A program made the translations under genes and the position numbers. A stretch of DNA of 64,000 nucleotides from Nymphaea colorata (taxonomy: Eukaryota): contig NC_045138.2 in the NCBI RefSeq assembly GCF_008831285.2, positions 23,870,001 through 23,934,000 of the forward strand, written 5' to 3'. The stretch's first letter is position 1. Each line of letters starts with the position of its first letter. Under the pieces are notes generated by a model that saw only the letters and a list, made by a program, of their open reading frames with translations, was not told the origin of the DNA and ran no database searches. Below are positions 1 through 11,974 of the stretch, in pieces.

Positions 1-168
1 TGAGAACGAACAACCAACAGTGTACATCCCTGCAGAAGATATTGAGTTGATGAAGCGGCCGTTCGCTTTCACAGCAACAGGCTATTTCTTTGGTGGAGAT
101 ACCCGTAGAAATTTTGATTTTGGTTTTACATCCACCCAAAGCTGCTTCAAAGTCGTGGCCCTTTTCTA

Positions 169-604
169 GTGCGAGTAGACTGTCAAGAAGAACTCGCGGT
201 GGTGCTGCGAAATGGAGGTTGGAATCTGGGTGGAAAAACATTCATCGTCAGCAGATGGTTCCCAGAAATGCCATTGAACGTTGAAGACCCAGTCCTCCTA
301 CCTATCTGGATTAGACTGTCGTTTTTCTGGAACCATAGGCTTCTCAGTGGAGTTGCCAGATCTTTGGGCGGAGAACTGCTGGAGGTGGACGCACCAACCA
401 AGACCATGCTCCGACTGGCTTTTGCCCGCATAAGAATTTCAGTCTCGCTGAAATTTGTCCCCAAATCCATAGTCAAACTTGTGCAAGGGAGAGATAAAAC
501 CATTACTCAGGAAATCTACTATGAAGAACATCTCCGATTTTGCCCGGTGTACAAGTCGTGCTCTCACTATATAGAAAACTACAAACCTGTACAGGCTCCT
601 CTTA
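169..604 (+). pseudogene. LINE ORF1 fragment (DUF4283 / zf-CCHC_4-like)
   Basis: Translated ORF 169..708. The part after 604 is Harbinger TIR sequence, not LINE. Confidence 0.8.
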
Positions 605-2680
605 CGCCCTGTTTGGTTGGAGGGAAAGGCAGGGAAAGGAAGAAAGTTTGTCTGGCTGGGAGGGAAGGGAAAGGAAAGGGAGGGAAAGGAAAGGAGAGTC
701 TAGTTTAAATCCAATCCCTCCAAAATTGGAGGGATTGGGAAGGAAAGGAAAGAACACCAATCGTTGCCTCCCTTTCTACCCACAATACCCCTCCACCCAC
801 GAGTCTTGTTTTTCTATCAAAAAGTAGGAAAGGGAAGAGCACGGACTGTTGCCTCCTTCCCCTCCAGGAGAAACAGGGCACACCTGCTGCGATACCCTGT
901 TCCATCGCCGCTGCGACACCCTGTTCCAACGCCGTCTGAAACAAGGTGAGTTTTTCTCTACCTTTTTCTGTTTTCAGTTGCTGTGTTTTTCTGATTTTGG
1001 TTGCTGCGTTTTTCTGATTTTGGTTGCTGCCCACTTCGTCGCATGATACACCTTTTTTCAGTTTTACTATTGAAAGATGTACATTCAATTTGCAAAAGAC
1101 AAACTACATAATGACTGTCGATTTTCAGTTTTCTGTAACTTTCTCGATTCAATACAATAGAAACCCGCTGTTCTTTTTTCATCTGAAGATTGGTTTTGTT
1201 GGTTAAATGGAAAATTCAGAACGGACTAATGGTTATGTGATTTGTTGTTAAAAAGATAGTACGTTAAAATAAGGGTTGAGGTTTCAGAAAGCAGCGAACA
1301 GTGAACAAGAAGAAGAGAAATCCAATTTTTTAAAGCAGATCTCAATGTAACTACAGTATGGAGGATTGGAGCATGGTAATAGTGAATGTGAAAGCCTGTT
1401 TAAAATCTTGCAATGTTTGCAATGACCATATAATTGTCGAAAGAAAACTGGTATTGCAAAGTGCAACAGTCAATCTTTTCTTTATTCTTAGACGGTGAGG
1501 GGACTAGTGTTCTGGCCGTGGTGATTTAACCTCACACAGTCGGCCCCTCAACAAGTTTAAAACTTTGATTAGCCTTTGGACACTGATCTAAACATTTAAC
1601 CTCTTGACAGTCACCAAACATCCCACATGATGTGGCTTTTTGAAAACTGTTCATCAAGATGGTTGTTGTTGCTGGTGTAAGCAGATTGATGTTAGTTTAA
1701 ACACTAGATTGGTGTTAGGAATGCATTTAGAAGTAGTTGAATGTAGCATATGTGGACTAAATATATGATCTTGGCAGGCTTGTAAGCTTGTGGACGATGG
1801 TGCCAACCATGAAATTTGTGGTTTTGGTATCCTTCTGTATTAGGAGTCCATAACAGCATGTAACCCGATCTGCAATTTCTTTTTTTTTTTTTTGGAAAAA
1901 AATGTGCGTGAATCTTTTCCTGTGCTCAGAAAGGAAAAGGCTTTGCCAATGCTTTGTACCTTCAAGCGACCAATGCACATGTCACAGTTGTAGGCTTGAC
2001 ATGGATGTGGTGACAAATCTGGTGGTCCTCTCAGCAGAGCCACCAAGTGCAACATTTATCAGACATGGAATTTTGGTCATTGATCTGTTATGCCCATGTG
2101 GAAACTAGAATTTCCTTCAGTAACAACACTTCAGATTCTAATTGTCGAACAAAGGTTGAGGATGTATACGTCACTGGTTAATTGTTAAACAGTTTCAGCA
2201 ATGACATGTTTACTGTAATCAGCTAAGAAGCATAGCCACATGAATGATAGATGATAGATGCATGGTCAAGACAAGTTCTTCTTTTTTCCAATTTTAGACA
2301 AGAAAACTTCACGTGACTATGCTTCTTGCGATGGTTGTATTCTGTTCATTTCTGTAGTTATGATTTAGATAGTTTACTTTCTCTTGCTCGTGATATGTAC
2401 ACATCAGTAGATTCAAAAACTAATATTTTAGGCATTGAAGCTTGATTGTTGCTGGTTGCTGACTTCTGTCAGTCTAGACCTGCGGCACTTACAGAACATC
2501 AGGCTTGTCCACTATCACAAGTATGTTCAGTATTTGCTATACAACAGTCACACTCAGCTTCTCGGTGTGCTATCTACTCTTCAGTTCTAGTGCTTGACGA
2601 TCGACAATGCTTCCCAATATAATCGCTAGTTATATATTTAGCTTGCAGCTTGTCACATATTAGAAGACATATTAGAAAAC

Positions 2681-3682
2681 ATGAGACGACGCCAACAACA
2701 AGTCGTTCTATTTTTATGTTATATTTTTTATTATTTCATACGTCGTAGACAACGTCGGCAACAACTTGTGCATCGATCAATTGGACTATCTTATGAAGAA
2801 AGACAAAAAATTAGAGATCAAATTATATATAAATTAGATGATGATGTTAAATGTCGCAATATAACATGCATGGGAACATCAACTTTCAAAGAGTTATGTG
2901 ATATTCTTCGACATGAGGGTGGACTATGTAATATTGATTCAAGGTCAAATATGTGGACTGCTGAACCCGAAGTATGGAAGCCACTAATAGACGTACCTAA
3001 TTTTCTTTTTAGCAATTTAATATTATTTTTTTATAATTTACTTTTTATGTTAAATATGAGTTTCTTTGACGTTGTTATTTTTTTTTTTGTGTTTTTTATA
3101 GGCAAATCCAATGGCAAGAAAGTGGATGATGGCACGTGTTCTGAACTATGAAAAGCTAGTAAATTTATTTGGTAAGGATAGAGCAACAGGGGAAGGAGCA
3201 ATGACAGCGAAAGAAAAGTGCAGCCGAATGACTTCAACGTGTGAGAGTGTTGGCAAGACAATCCAGCTTATTGATGAAATGGTTTATCAAAATCAAACAG
3301 TATTAGAACCATTTATCAACCTAGGAGACAGTGTGAAGTCCAAGTTGAGCCCAACACAGGTTCATTGTTAAAGCGTAAAAGGAGAAGAAGTGCAAATGAA
3401 GATGATTTAAAAGAGATTGAAATAATGGAAGATGCTTTTGAGAAAGTTGCTAATGCAATTGAAAAAAGTAATGTCGTACCAGAGCCGAGACAGTCAAATA
3501 AATATTCTAAAGAAGACATATTTCCAGCATTTGAAGTTATTGGTCTTGAAGAAGAGTTACAAACCGAAGCATATCTTTATCTTACTGATGATAAAGATAG
3601 GATGAAAACATTTTTTGCTTGTCCTTCTTCTAAGCGAAAGAATGTTTTACTTAGGATGCTTAGCAGAGCTGGAATTATGTAA
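2681..3682 (+). pseudogene. Chimeric Harbinger remnant: transposase N-terminus joined to the C-terminal part of the Myb/SANT-like partner protein
   Basis: CRNITCMGTSTFKELCDILRHEGGL (PIF transposase N-terminal motif) runs in frame into MWTAEPEVWKPLID. GT-AG intron 2993-3101, then ANPMARKW..NYEKLVNLFGKDRATGEGA. After a frameshift near 3350-3365: EAYLYL..KTFFACPSSKRKNVLL. No DDE catalytic domain. Confidence 0.75.
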
Positions 3683-3880
3683 CACATAATGTTGTTTTTT
3701 ATTTTGCTATGTGATTTTTTTTTGTCTTTAGACAATTATTTTGTTTACCAACATTTTGTTTGATTGATCTAAAGTTATTACTTAAGAGGATATTGCCCTG
3801 TTGTTCTGATGTCTTCACTCTCTTTTTATGTAAGTTTTTGATGACTATTGGTGACTATCTCACGTTAAAACCTCTCTCTC

Positions 3881-3885
<5 letters not shown>

Positions 3886-3950
<65 letters not shown>
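3886..3950. repeat. Compound (AT)n(AG)n microsatellite
   Basis: Directly visible. Confidence 0.95.
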
Positions 3951-3951
<1 letters not shown>

Positions 3952-5035
3952 ATCCAAAGACCTCTCTCTCTTTCTCTCTATACCAGGGCTTTCATTTTGG
4001 GACAATAGAAGATCCAAGCGTCATTGGGGTGGGAAACACACGAGCAAGGTGGGGTGGGCATTTTGGTTTTGTTTTTTCGATCGTGTCTTTCTGAAACCTC
4101 TCAATTTTTTAAACATTTTGACTGTTAGGGGTATTATTGTAAAGTATTATAAATTATATCTTTTCATTTCCATTATGTAGTCCAAACAAACATGATTTTA
4201 GTCTTTATTTTTCTTTCTATCTAAACAAGCTTTTTAATCACATCTTTCATTTCTTTTCCATTTCATTCATTCCCTTCCTTTTATCTTCCCTTCCCTTTCC
4301 TTTCCCTCCCTTTCCCTCGAGCCAAACAGGGCGTTAGACAAGAAACAACTTAGCCTAAACTCAGCTTCGGTTGGTCAGAAATGAAGATTCTAAAGAGGCA
4401 ATGAAGGCCAGCTATGACTGCAAGGAAGGATGTTTCCCCAACTAAAACTGAAACGAACTCCAACCGATTTGCTGTATTGACTCACAGGCCCCTCGGAACT
4501 CGTTGAAGTAAGAGGTAAAGAGAAAGGTGAAGAACCACAAGTAACTCCGTGCACACCCATTCATCAACCTCAGCCTCAACCTTCCCCCTCACTGGATGCC
4601 TCACCTCCTCAAGGGAACATACCTCAGAATTGCAGGCAACCGCTCAAAGAGTTAAGCAGTTTTGAAGTTATGAACTGACGGGGAGCCCAGGTAGGGTTGT
4701 GCAGGTTGATATCAGAATAATATTACCCTTATTCCCCAAGTTGAGCCTGGGCAGGGCTATGCAGGGACCTCGCAATTGTGCAGTTCTGTAAGCGAGACAT
4801 ATTATGAAGGAAATGACACTCCGCCTCAATATGATGTGGCAGTTGGGGACACTCTTGAACCATCTGCTATGTTAGAAGAGGCTCTTACTGATACACAGAT
4901 GTTAGAGGAGCAGACAATGGGGAGCTTGAGGCAGCTTGCAGTACTGCCCAACAAGGGATAGAGGTCCAAATGATTGATTCGAGCTAAGATTAGTCTCTCT
5001 TGTGCTTTTCTATTGGCTTCTTTGGTTTAGTCTTT

Positions 5036-7990
5036 ATGAAGTTTCTTTCATGGAACATTAGAGATTGTTAGGAACATTTTCTGGCCACAATGATCTTGGT
5101 GTGATTCTACATGAACATTCGCTATATGCATGTATTTTGATAGACACTCTGCTCAATATGAGGAGTTGGGATATTTGGAGTCAGAGAAACTGAGCCGTGA
5201 TATCTAATGTTGACCACCGTGATGGTATTGCTCGAGTGGCCTTTTGTTCGAAACTTTCCTCCCCAAGTGTTTGACCGATTCAGATAATTTCTTCGTTACA
5301 TGTCAACATAAACAAACTGTTTTTTCCTTCATCTTGTGTGGAATGTATCTACATCCGGACTGGTCCAGGAGACACCTTGAATTGGAAGCCTCAACTAGTG
5401 GTTGAGCACCCTTGATGGGCTAGTTTGTCTTATAGGCGGCATGAATTCAATGAGAAAAGACAGACACACAACTGAAAGGCCTCCAAACAGATGGAGTTAT
5501 CAAATGTTTAATCAGTTCATCAATCATCATGGTTTCACAGCGGTTGAAGATGATATTCGCAATTTCACTTGGTGAATTAATCGGCTGGGAGAGGCCGTAT
5601 CCAATGTCATCTTGATTGGGCTATGGTGAACCAGCAGTGCTTCCATGATGCGCAGTTCAATTTCCTGCTCAATGTTCTCCTGAGAACAACCTTCGGGCAC
5701 AACCCATTGCTGCTTTGTATTGATGGCAGCCAGAGATTACAAGAGGGAAAGGACTTTTCAAATTCTATAATTGTTGAACCCTTCGGGAAGGATGTAATCA
5801 TGTTGTGGCATCAGATTACTAAATTAGAGATTACTAGAAGTAGAGTAACTCATGGGTCACACAAATGTTTTCGGGAATACTAAGCAACGCATCACTAGCT
5901 TAAGGAAAGAGCTGATGGGGCTTCAAGTCGGACAAGCTACAGGTCTTCAAACTAATGTACTCTTGGAACTTAATCTTTGGTTAGAACTTGAACGAACTTT
6001 GAATGAAGTCTATCTTTTAAAAAAGAAGAAATCTAGAGTTGAATGCCTACAAGAAGGAGATAGAAATGCAAGATTCCTTCAATCTCAAGGTAACTATAGG
6101 AAGACTAAAAACACAATCTCCTATCTTCTAGTCAGTGGTATCACAGTCAATAACCTTGCACAAATTTTGGAGGTTGCTTCTAGTTTTTTTGGGGAGTTCT
6201 ACCAGCATGATCAATCGGATGGGGCTATGATGGAGGGCTGTACATTGAGACCCAAGGTGTCTCTAGAAGATAGTCTGTTCTGAGACCATCCCATTGCAAC
6301 TGAAGAGATCCATAGAGCTGTTTTTGAGTATTGTAGTGACGGATGGCTTGACCAATGGTTTCTTCAAAATGTATTGCGACATTGTAGGCAATGATGTGAC
6401 TCAGGCTATCAAACACCTTAGTATCTTTAAATACATTACTAAAGTGATGGTCAATCGTATGAGGAATATCTTTGGCCAACTTTTAGGCACAGAACAAGGC
6501 GCTTTCCTTCCTTCACGCCTCATTCATGATCAGGTCTTATCGCTCATGAACTAGCTCATAGTGGAGCACCACAATGAAACGTATGTGATTATGAAACTTG
6601 ACCTTTCAAAAGCTTATGACAGAATTAACTAGGTGTTTTTAAAGAATCCTCTAGCTGCTTAAGGGTTCTCTCAGATATGAATAGACAAAGTTATGACGTG
6701 TTTCCATTACCTCATATGCAGTTATTGTCAATGGTCGTGAAGGTAGGTCTTTTTGCCCAGGCATAGGGGCTTGAGACAGGGCGACCCTCTATCCCCTACC
6801 TATTCCTAGTGGTGATAGAAATGATTATTCGAAATCTTAAGCTACATAAAGATCTAGGCAACATCCAATGCCCCAAGCTTGAGGACTGCGCCACATGTCC
6901 CCAGTCCTTGCTTATGCTGACGATCTTATCCTTTTCTGTCGAGCAATCAAGAGGAATATCATGCACATTGCAACTTTCCTTGGGGAGATTGAAGGAAAGC
7001 TGGCTTGAGGATTAACCACAATAAAACTTCACTCACCTTCTTTCATAGTAGAGACTGCATCGGAAAAGAGATTCAAAGAATTTTAAGTTGGGAGATGAAA
7101 CACTTACCCCTCACTTATCTTGGACTGCTACTCTTCTCAAGACTGCTCAACCAAAATACTCCCTTCGAGGGCGAAGATATTCTCTTAATAGAGTGGTGGT
7201 GCTACCTCCGCTTTTAGCAGGTATGATATCTACGAGAGGATTATAAAGAAAGGTGTGAAGGAAAGTTGGAGGAAAAATTTATGAAACAATAGAGAACCTC
7301 CTAGCTCTAATTGGTTTTTGTATCTAATGGTTGTGCAACGGCTAACGACTCCAGATCGCTTGAAAAGTTTTGGAGTTCAGCTGGCCAACCATTGTGTCCT
7401 TTGTGAGAAGGAGAAGGAAAGCTGTGAACACCTATTTACTCAGTGTTGGTTTTCTACATGGGTTTGGAAATTTTTCAGCTTTAAATTTGACATAACCATT
7501 GGCAACCACCTCGATCTTCGAGGGAGAATCAACAAAGGGACATCCACTTCGGAGAGGATGGTTATTTGACTTAGGAAGGGTTTATCTCATCACTTGTTGT
7601 AGGTAAAATATGGAAGTTCCGAAATAAAGTTAGACATGCAGATAATTGTCCTTCAATTCAGAGTTTCTGCCAAATACTTTGGGAAGACCTCTGCCTGATT
7701 AGAGAAGACGTCCCTGGAAAAGCTGCTACTAAAAAGATATGCAACTATGGCTTGCGACCTCTATTATTCCGGAAACAAAGGAGATAGCCTTCAAGTCATC
7801 TTTCACAATTCAATTAGCTGTTTAGCTGTTATAAGGGGGAAAGGTAGCCTGAAGATTACAGACCCTCAATCTTCAGCCGAAGTTCATATGGTGGACGATA
7901 TAATCACTTGGGCACCAACCATCCAACACTTACTTAGTGCTCAGTTTGAAGGAATGGCGAGACCATATCAAATGCTGCATTAGCCACCCT
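5036..7990 (+). pseudogene. LINE ORF2 (endonuclease, reverse transcriptase, zf-RVT), disrupted
   Basis: Motifs listed under the LINE feature. Fragmentary ORFs 5623-6554 and 7318-7569. Confidence 0.85.
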
Positions 7991-10900
7991 TCTAGTGCTA
8001 TGTACAACAACACTATACTGCACATTCATCGTAGCTTGTTTTTTCCATTTTCGACTGTAACCCTGCTGCTAACGTAGTGGCCTTTGCTCTTCGCCCATGC
8101 CCTTGTAATGTGTGGCAGTTTTGGGATGTCTTTCCTGTTTGCTAGGGCATCTTTCTACTAGGTTCTTTTTGTAAGCTTACTGTAAATCTTTCTTATTTTT
8201 TTTCAATAATATGACGGTGGCGTCCCCTGGCAGGTTTGCAGCAGAACATGTTCCTAGTTCAATGACTTTCAAGCGATGATCATGCTGGAAGATGCATACC
8301 ACATGATTGAATAGAATTATCATTGATCACCTATGGTTGGCATAATGCAGTATAAACATACAAACTGTGCACAAAATGCTTTACGAGTTATGAAGGGAGG
8401 CACTACGAACGACATTAGGGTTAGGTAACTAAGGAGTGAATTTGGAAATTCTTACAACAAACTCAGGTGAAGTGATTGAGAAGCTATATTGCTTCATGCA
8501 TCTTGTTTTGCCGCTTCTGATTTTTTTTTTTTTTACAAAAAAAAGATATATGTGCTAATTTGTTAAGTAGTTGTGTGTAGTCTAGATTTAGATATGGTAA
8601 CATAACCCCACTCTTTGTCCAAATCAGATGTCAACTACAAGTGCACACACAAGGATCACGAGATGGAAAGGATGAAGAGGAAAACCAAGCTCTCTAACAA
8701 GGGGACACTTCACTATTTGTGAGTGGACGAGATATCCTGTTTTTTTGTTGTTTTGCTCTAGTAGTTACTAATGTTACATCGGTGTCAAATTTTTTGGTCT
8801 CATTGTTTTATTAATCTATTGCTGCCAAATATGTTGATTTTATTTTTGTCATAGTTGTCCCTATCATATCTTTGATTTAGTTGTTCTGTTTTTAAGTTGC
8901 TATCAAACTTTTTGGTCTTTTTTGCTGTTATGTCATTGTCTATGGTTTTAATCTTGTTGTCTTATTATTGTTATGTTCTCAATGTTTTGGTCATGTTGTT
9001 ATGTTATGTATGTTCCTCGTCAGTGCATGTGGTTTCTAGTAAACCATGACAACATCGAAGAAATTGTGCATGCAAAGAGTCATTCAAAGAGGAATATTTG
9101 CATCCTTTATTGAATATTGTGGACTGAGAGTACAGTGGAGAAGTGCTTAGGCAGGCAGAAGATTAAAATAATGATGCACAATAAGAATTGGTGCGCCGAG
9201 ATATGTAGGATGATCAAATCGATAATCAGAACTATGGTGGAAACTATGTGAAGTAATACAAAAGAAACATGCTGCCTCCAATTAAATAGAAACTTACTAT
9301 GAAATGAAGAAGTTTTTTAATATGCACCGTAAGTAGAGGGAGAGGGGCAACGATTGGGAAAAGGAAGAGAGTCTCTTCCTCAAGCTTCGAATAAAACGAA
9401 ATCAAATTCTCATCCTTTGGCACCAAAAAGGGAATGTCAAGCTAAATTCTTGTCCTCCATCATCAAAGTTAAAAACATTAAGGGATGGACTTGGAGCTTA
9501 AAATCATGAGGTTGTGTCATAGATCAACTAAAAAAGATGTATACTACCGGCACGTCTTGTTTCAATGCCATATTTCACGTTGACACCTTAATCTTTCAAC
9601 TAATTTGCACATTTTTTACGTGCATTTAAAATTTTAGCATTCAAAAGTTTTCTTGTTTTTCAGAAAACGTGTTTTATTTATAGTAGTATTATTACTTTTT
9701 TTTTTTACATGTGCATGTCCCGATATTTTAATGATTGTTAGTCGCTTTGTCATTATACATTGATATATTTCCCTATTCTTAAAGGCAATGTTAACGATAT
9801 GCATATGTAAAAAAGGAAGTCGAAAAATGCTCAACATATATGGTCTACACTTGTCATAAGGAAGTCGAAAAATGCTCAACATAGCTTTACATTCTTAGTC
9901 CATTACCACTTCACGTAAGCTACAAATAACTTGTTAATATTATCTCAATCTGATACATTCATTGCATGACAATAAAGAACTCTATTAAATTTGAACTTTC
10001 CACAATAGCTCTAACTGTGGTGCTTTTTTGTGTTGTATGTCATGATGCAAAAAATTATGATGTATCTATTTACATTATTATTGCTTTCATTAAATAGTTG
10101 ATAGTTGCAAGAGTTTCAATTTTCACCCATTTGAACACTGGAGGCATGCACACATACATGAACACCACACTCTCCATTATCACAAGAACTACAAAAAATG
10201 CTTTGCAATTTTATGCTAGCATTTTCCATCTAAGATTCTGCAAAAATGTTTCAAATGTTTAAGAAATCAAAGTATTGTTAAACACGAACTTAAGGGCTCC
10301 ATGCATGTGCTCACCTTGTATGTGCAAATAATGTCGGCACAGAATATTATTGGCCATATGGTAGCACCCAATTCTTTTTGTCCTTGAACAATCACGGTAA
10401 CTACACGCTGTTTTGTAATCGGTACACGTTAATTATTTTTACCCACAGATATAAAAGTGACTCTTCACCATGTGACTTTAGTATGCGTTTGAAGAGGCAC
10501 TCAATATTAAACCGAAATTTCTAGCTAAAAATGTGTTATAATTCTGTACCACATTTTGAAATGTGTGCCACAAGCAAAGACAGTGAATTTTGTTGGCCAT
10601 ATCATACTTCAACAAATCTTCTTTTGAACACACACACACACATATATATCGTTATTAAAATAATATATTTCTGATTTTTTTTTTCTTGGTCTTCTTGACA
10701 TTAAACCATAGGTGAGTATGTACTTGTTGTAGAATATAAAGACATGTTTACGGTCATTGAACTTCAGTCCTCTTCGTAGACGATCAAACTCATCATAGCT
10801 TATTCAAGCACACATGCATCCATTGGAACACTTTCCTACGGTCCATGCGCATCAAGAAGATCCTCATATACATAAAAGTCATTGGTACCATTTTTGTGCA

Positions 10901-11974
10901 TACTCACAACTATTGGGATACTTTCTTCTCATCTATGTGCATAATAAGATCCTCTCATACATCAAATTCACCTATTTGAATTCTTTCATTTGCTCATGCA
11001 CATTAAGAACAGCCTCATATACGTAAGAACACTCACCACTAGCTTATTCATGCATGCATGCCAATATTTGAGACACTTTCCTATGGCTTCCCTACTAGAA
11101 ATCATCTTCAATCACAACCTTATTGCTTATATGTTTTTCATCCACTGTCATTTTTATCATCATCAACAACAATATTCACAACCATATTTATAAGCCACAA
11201 TTTAGTTGAATATCATATGTTGTTACACTAATAACAATATCTGTGAAAGGTTTAATAGCTTTTTTTTTTTTTTAAAGGTTAGTGCCTTATGATTATAGTT
11301 ATATCAACATCTTATAGAATTTGAAATGGTATCCAAAATGACACTTGCATTTACATTTACTATTTGTTAGTTGTATATTCAGATAAAACGATCTAATTCT
11401 AATAAAGCGCTAATATTGTATGACGGTCACATTACATACTTTGCACAAAGCACTCTGCACCAAGGCCATTCTCATTTTTCTCAAGTACATTGAATGTTGC
11501 ACGTTCAAAGTGATACATTTCAAATTGCATATGCTTCACTACTACTAATTGTATCGGTTTTCATAGCTGGGGCAAATCATTTCAATTCTAATGGTTTAGT
11601 AGATACTTTTCCAAAATAAAATGACAACAATTTGGCATCTTACATATAGACGATAATGATAGAAAGAACTAGAACAAGGACAACACTCTTGTAAACGCTG
11701 CTTGAGGACAATATGACATAGACGATTACAAATGTGCTGACATGCCAGTTGTAACAACATGATGTATCTGTTATTGAACATGGTCGTGATCGATCAATAT
11801 ATGCTCCAATTAAAGTCACCAGGGAAAAATTTCGAAAATTTGATGAAATAAAGATGGCAAGTGCAAAAGTCATATACGGTATGCACCTTTTATTACAATG
11901 CCCATTTTTTATTTGCCGCATCATTGCCCAAAATTAAAGGCATTAAGGGAACACCTGTCTGTGCAAACTTAAAT

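Larger units (their letters stand above)
605..4333 (+). mobile_element. Non-autonomous (internally deleted) PIF/Harbinger DNA transposon
   Basis: TIRs CGCCCTGTTTGG.. at 605 and ..CCAAACAGGGCG ending at 4333 (34/37 matches when extended through the GGGAAAGG repeats). 3-bp TTA TSD at 602-604 and 4334-4336. Internal transposase and Myb-partner remnants. Confidence 0.92.
1..8240 (+). mobile_element. Decayed L1-clade LINE retrotransposon, interrupted by a PIF/Harbinger insertion at 605-4333; 5' part runs off the window, 3' end approximate
   Basis: ORF1-like DUF4283/zinc-knuckle segment at 169-600 (GGWNLGGKTFIVSRW...PIWIRL...FARIRISV...YEEHLRFC). ORF2 endonuclease start MKFLSWNIR at 5036. RT motifs KLDLSKAYDRI (~6595), GLRQGDPLSPYLF (~6768), YADD (~6913). 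zf-RVT-like CVLCEKEKESCEHLFTQC (~7393). Many stops and frameshifts. Confidence 0.9.

Noticed and set aside
8240..11970. Possible small gene (ORFs 11596-11924, scattered splice-like sites, 26-bp direct repeat at ~9813/9859)
   Set aside because: No coherent exon chain or recognisable protein could be built.
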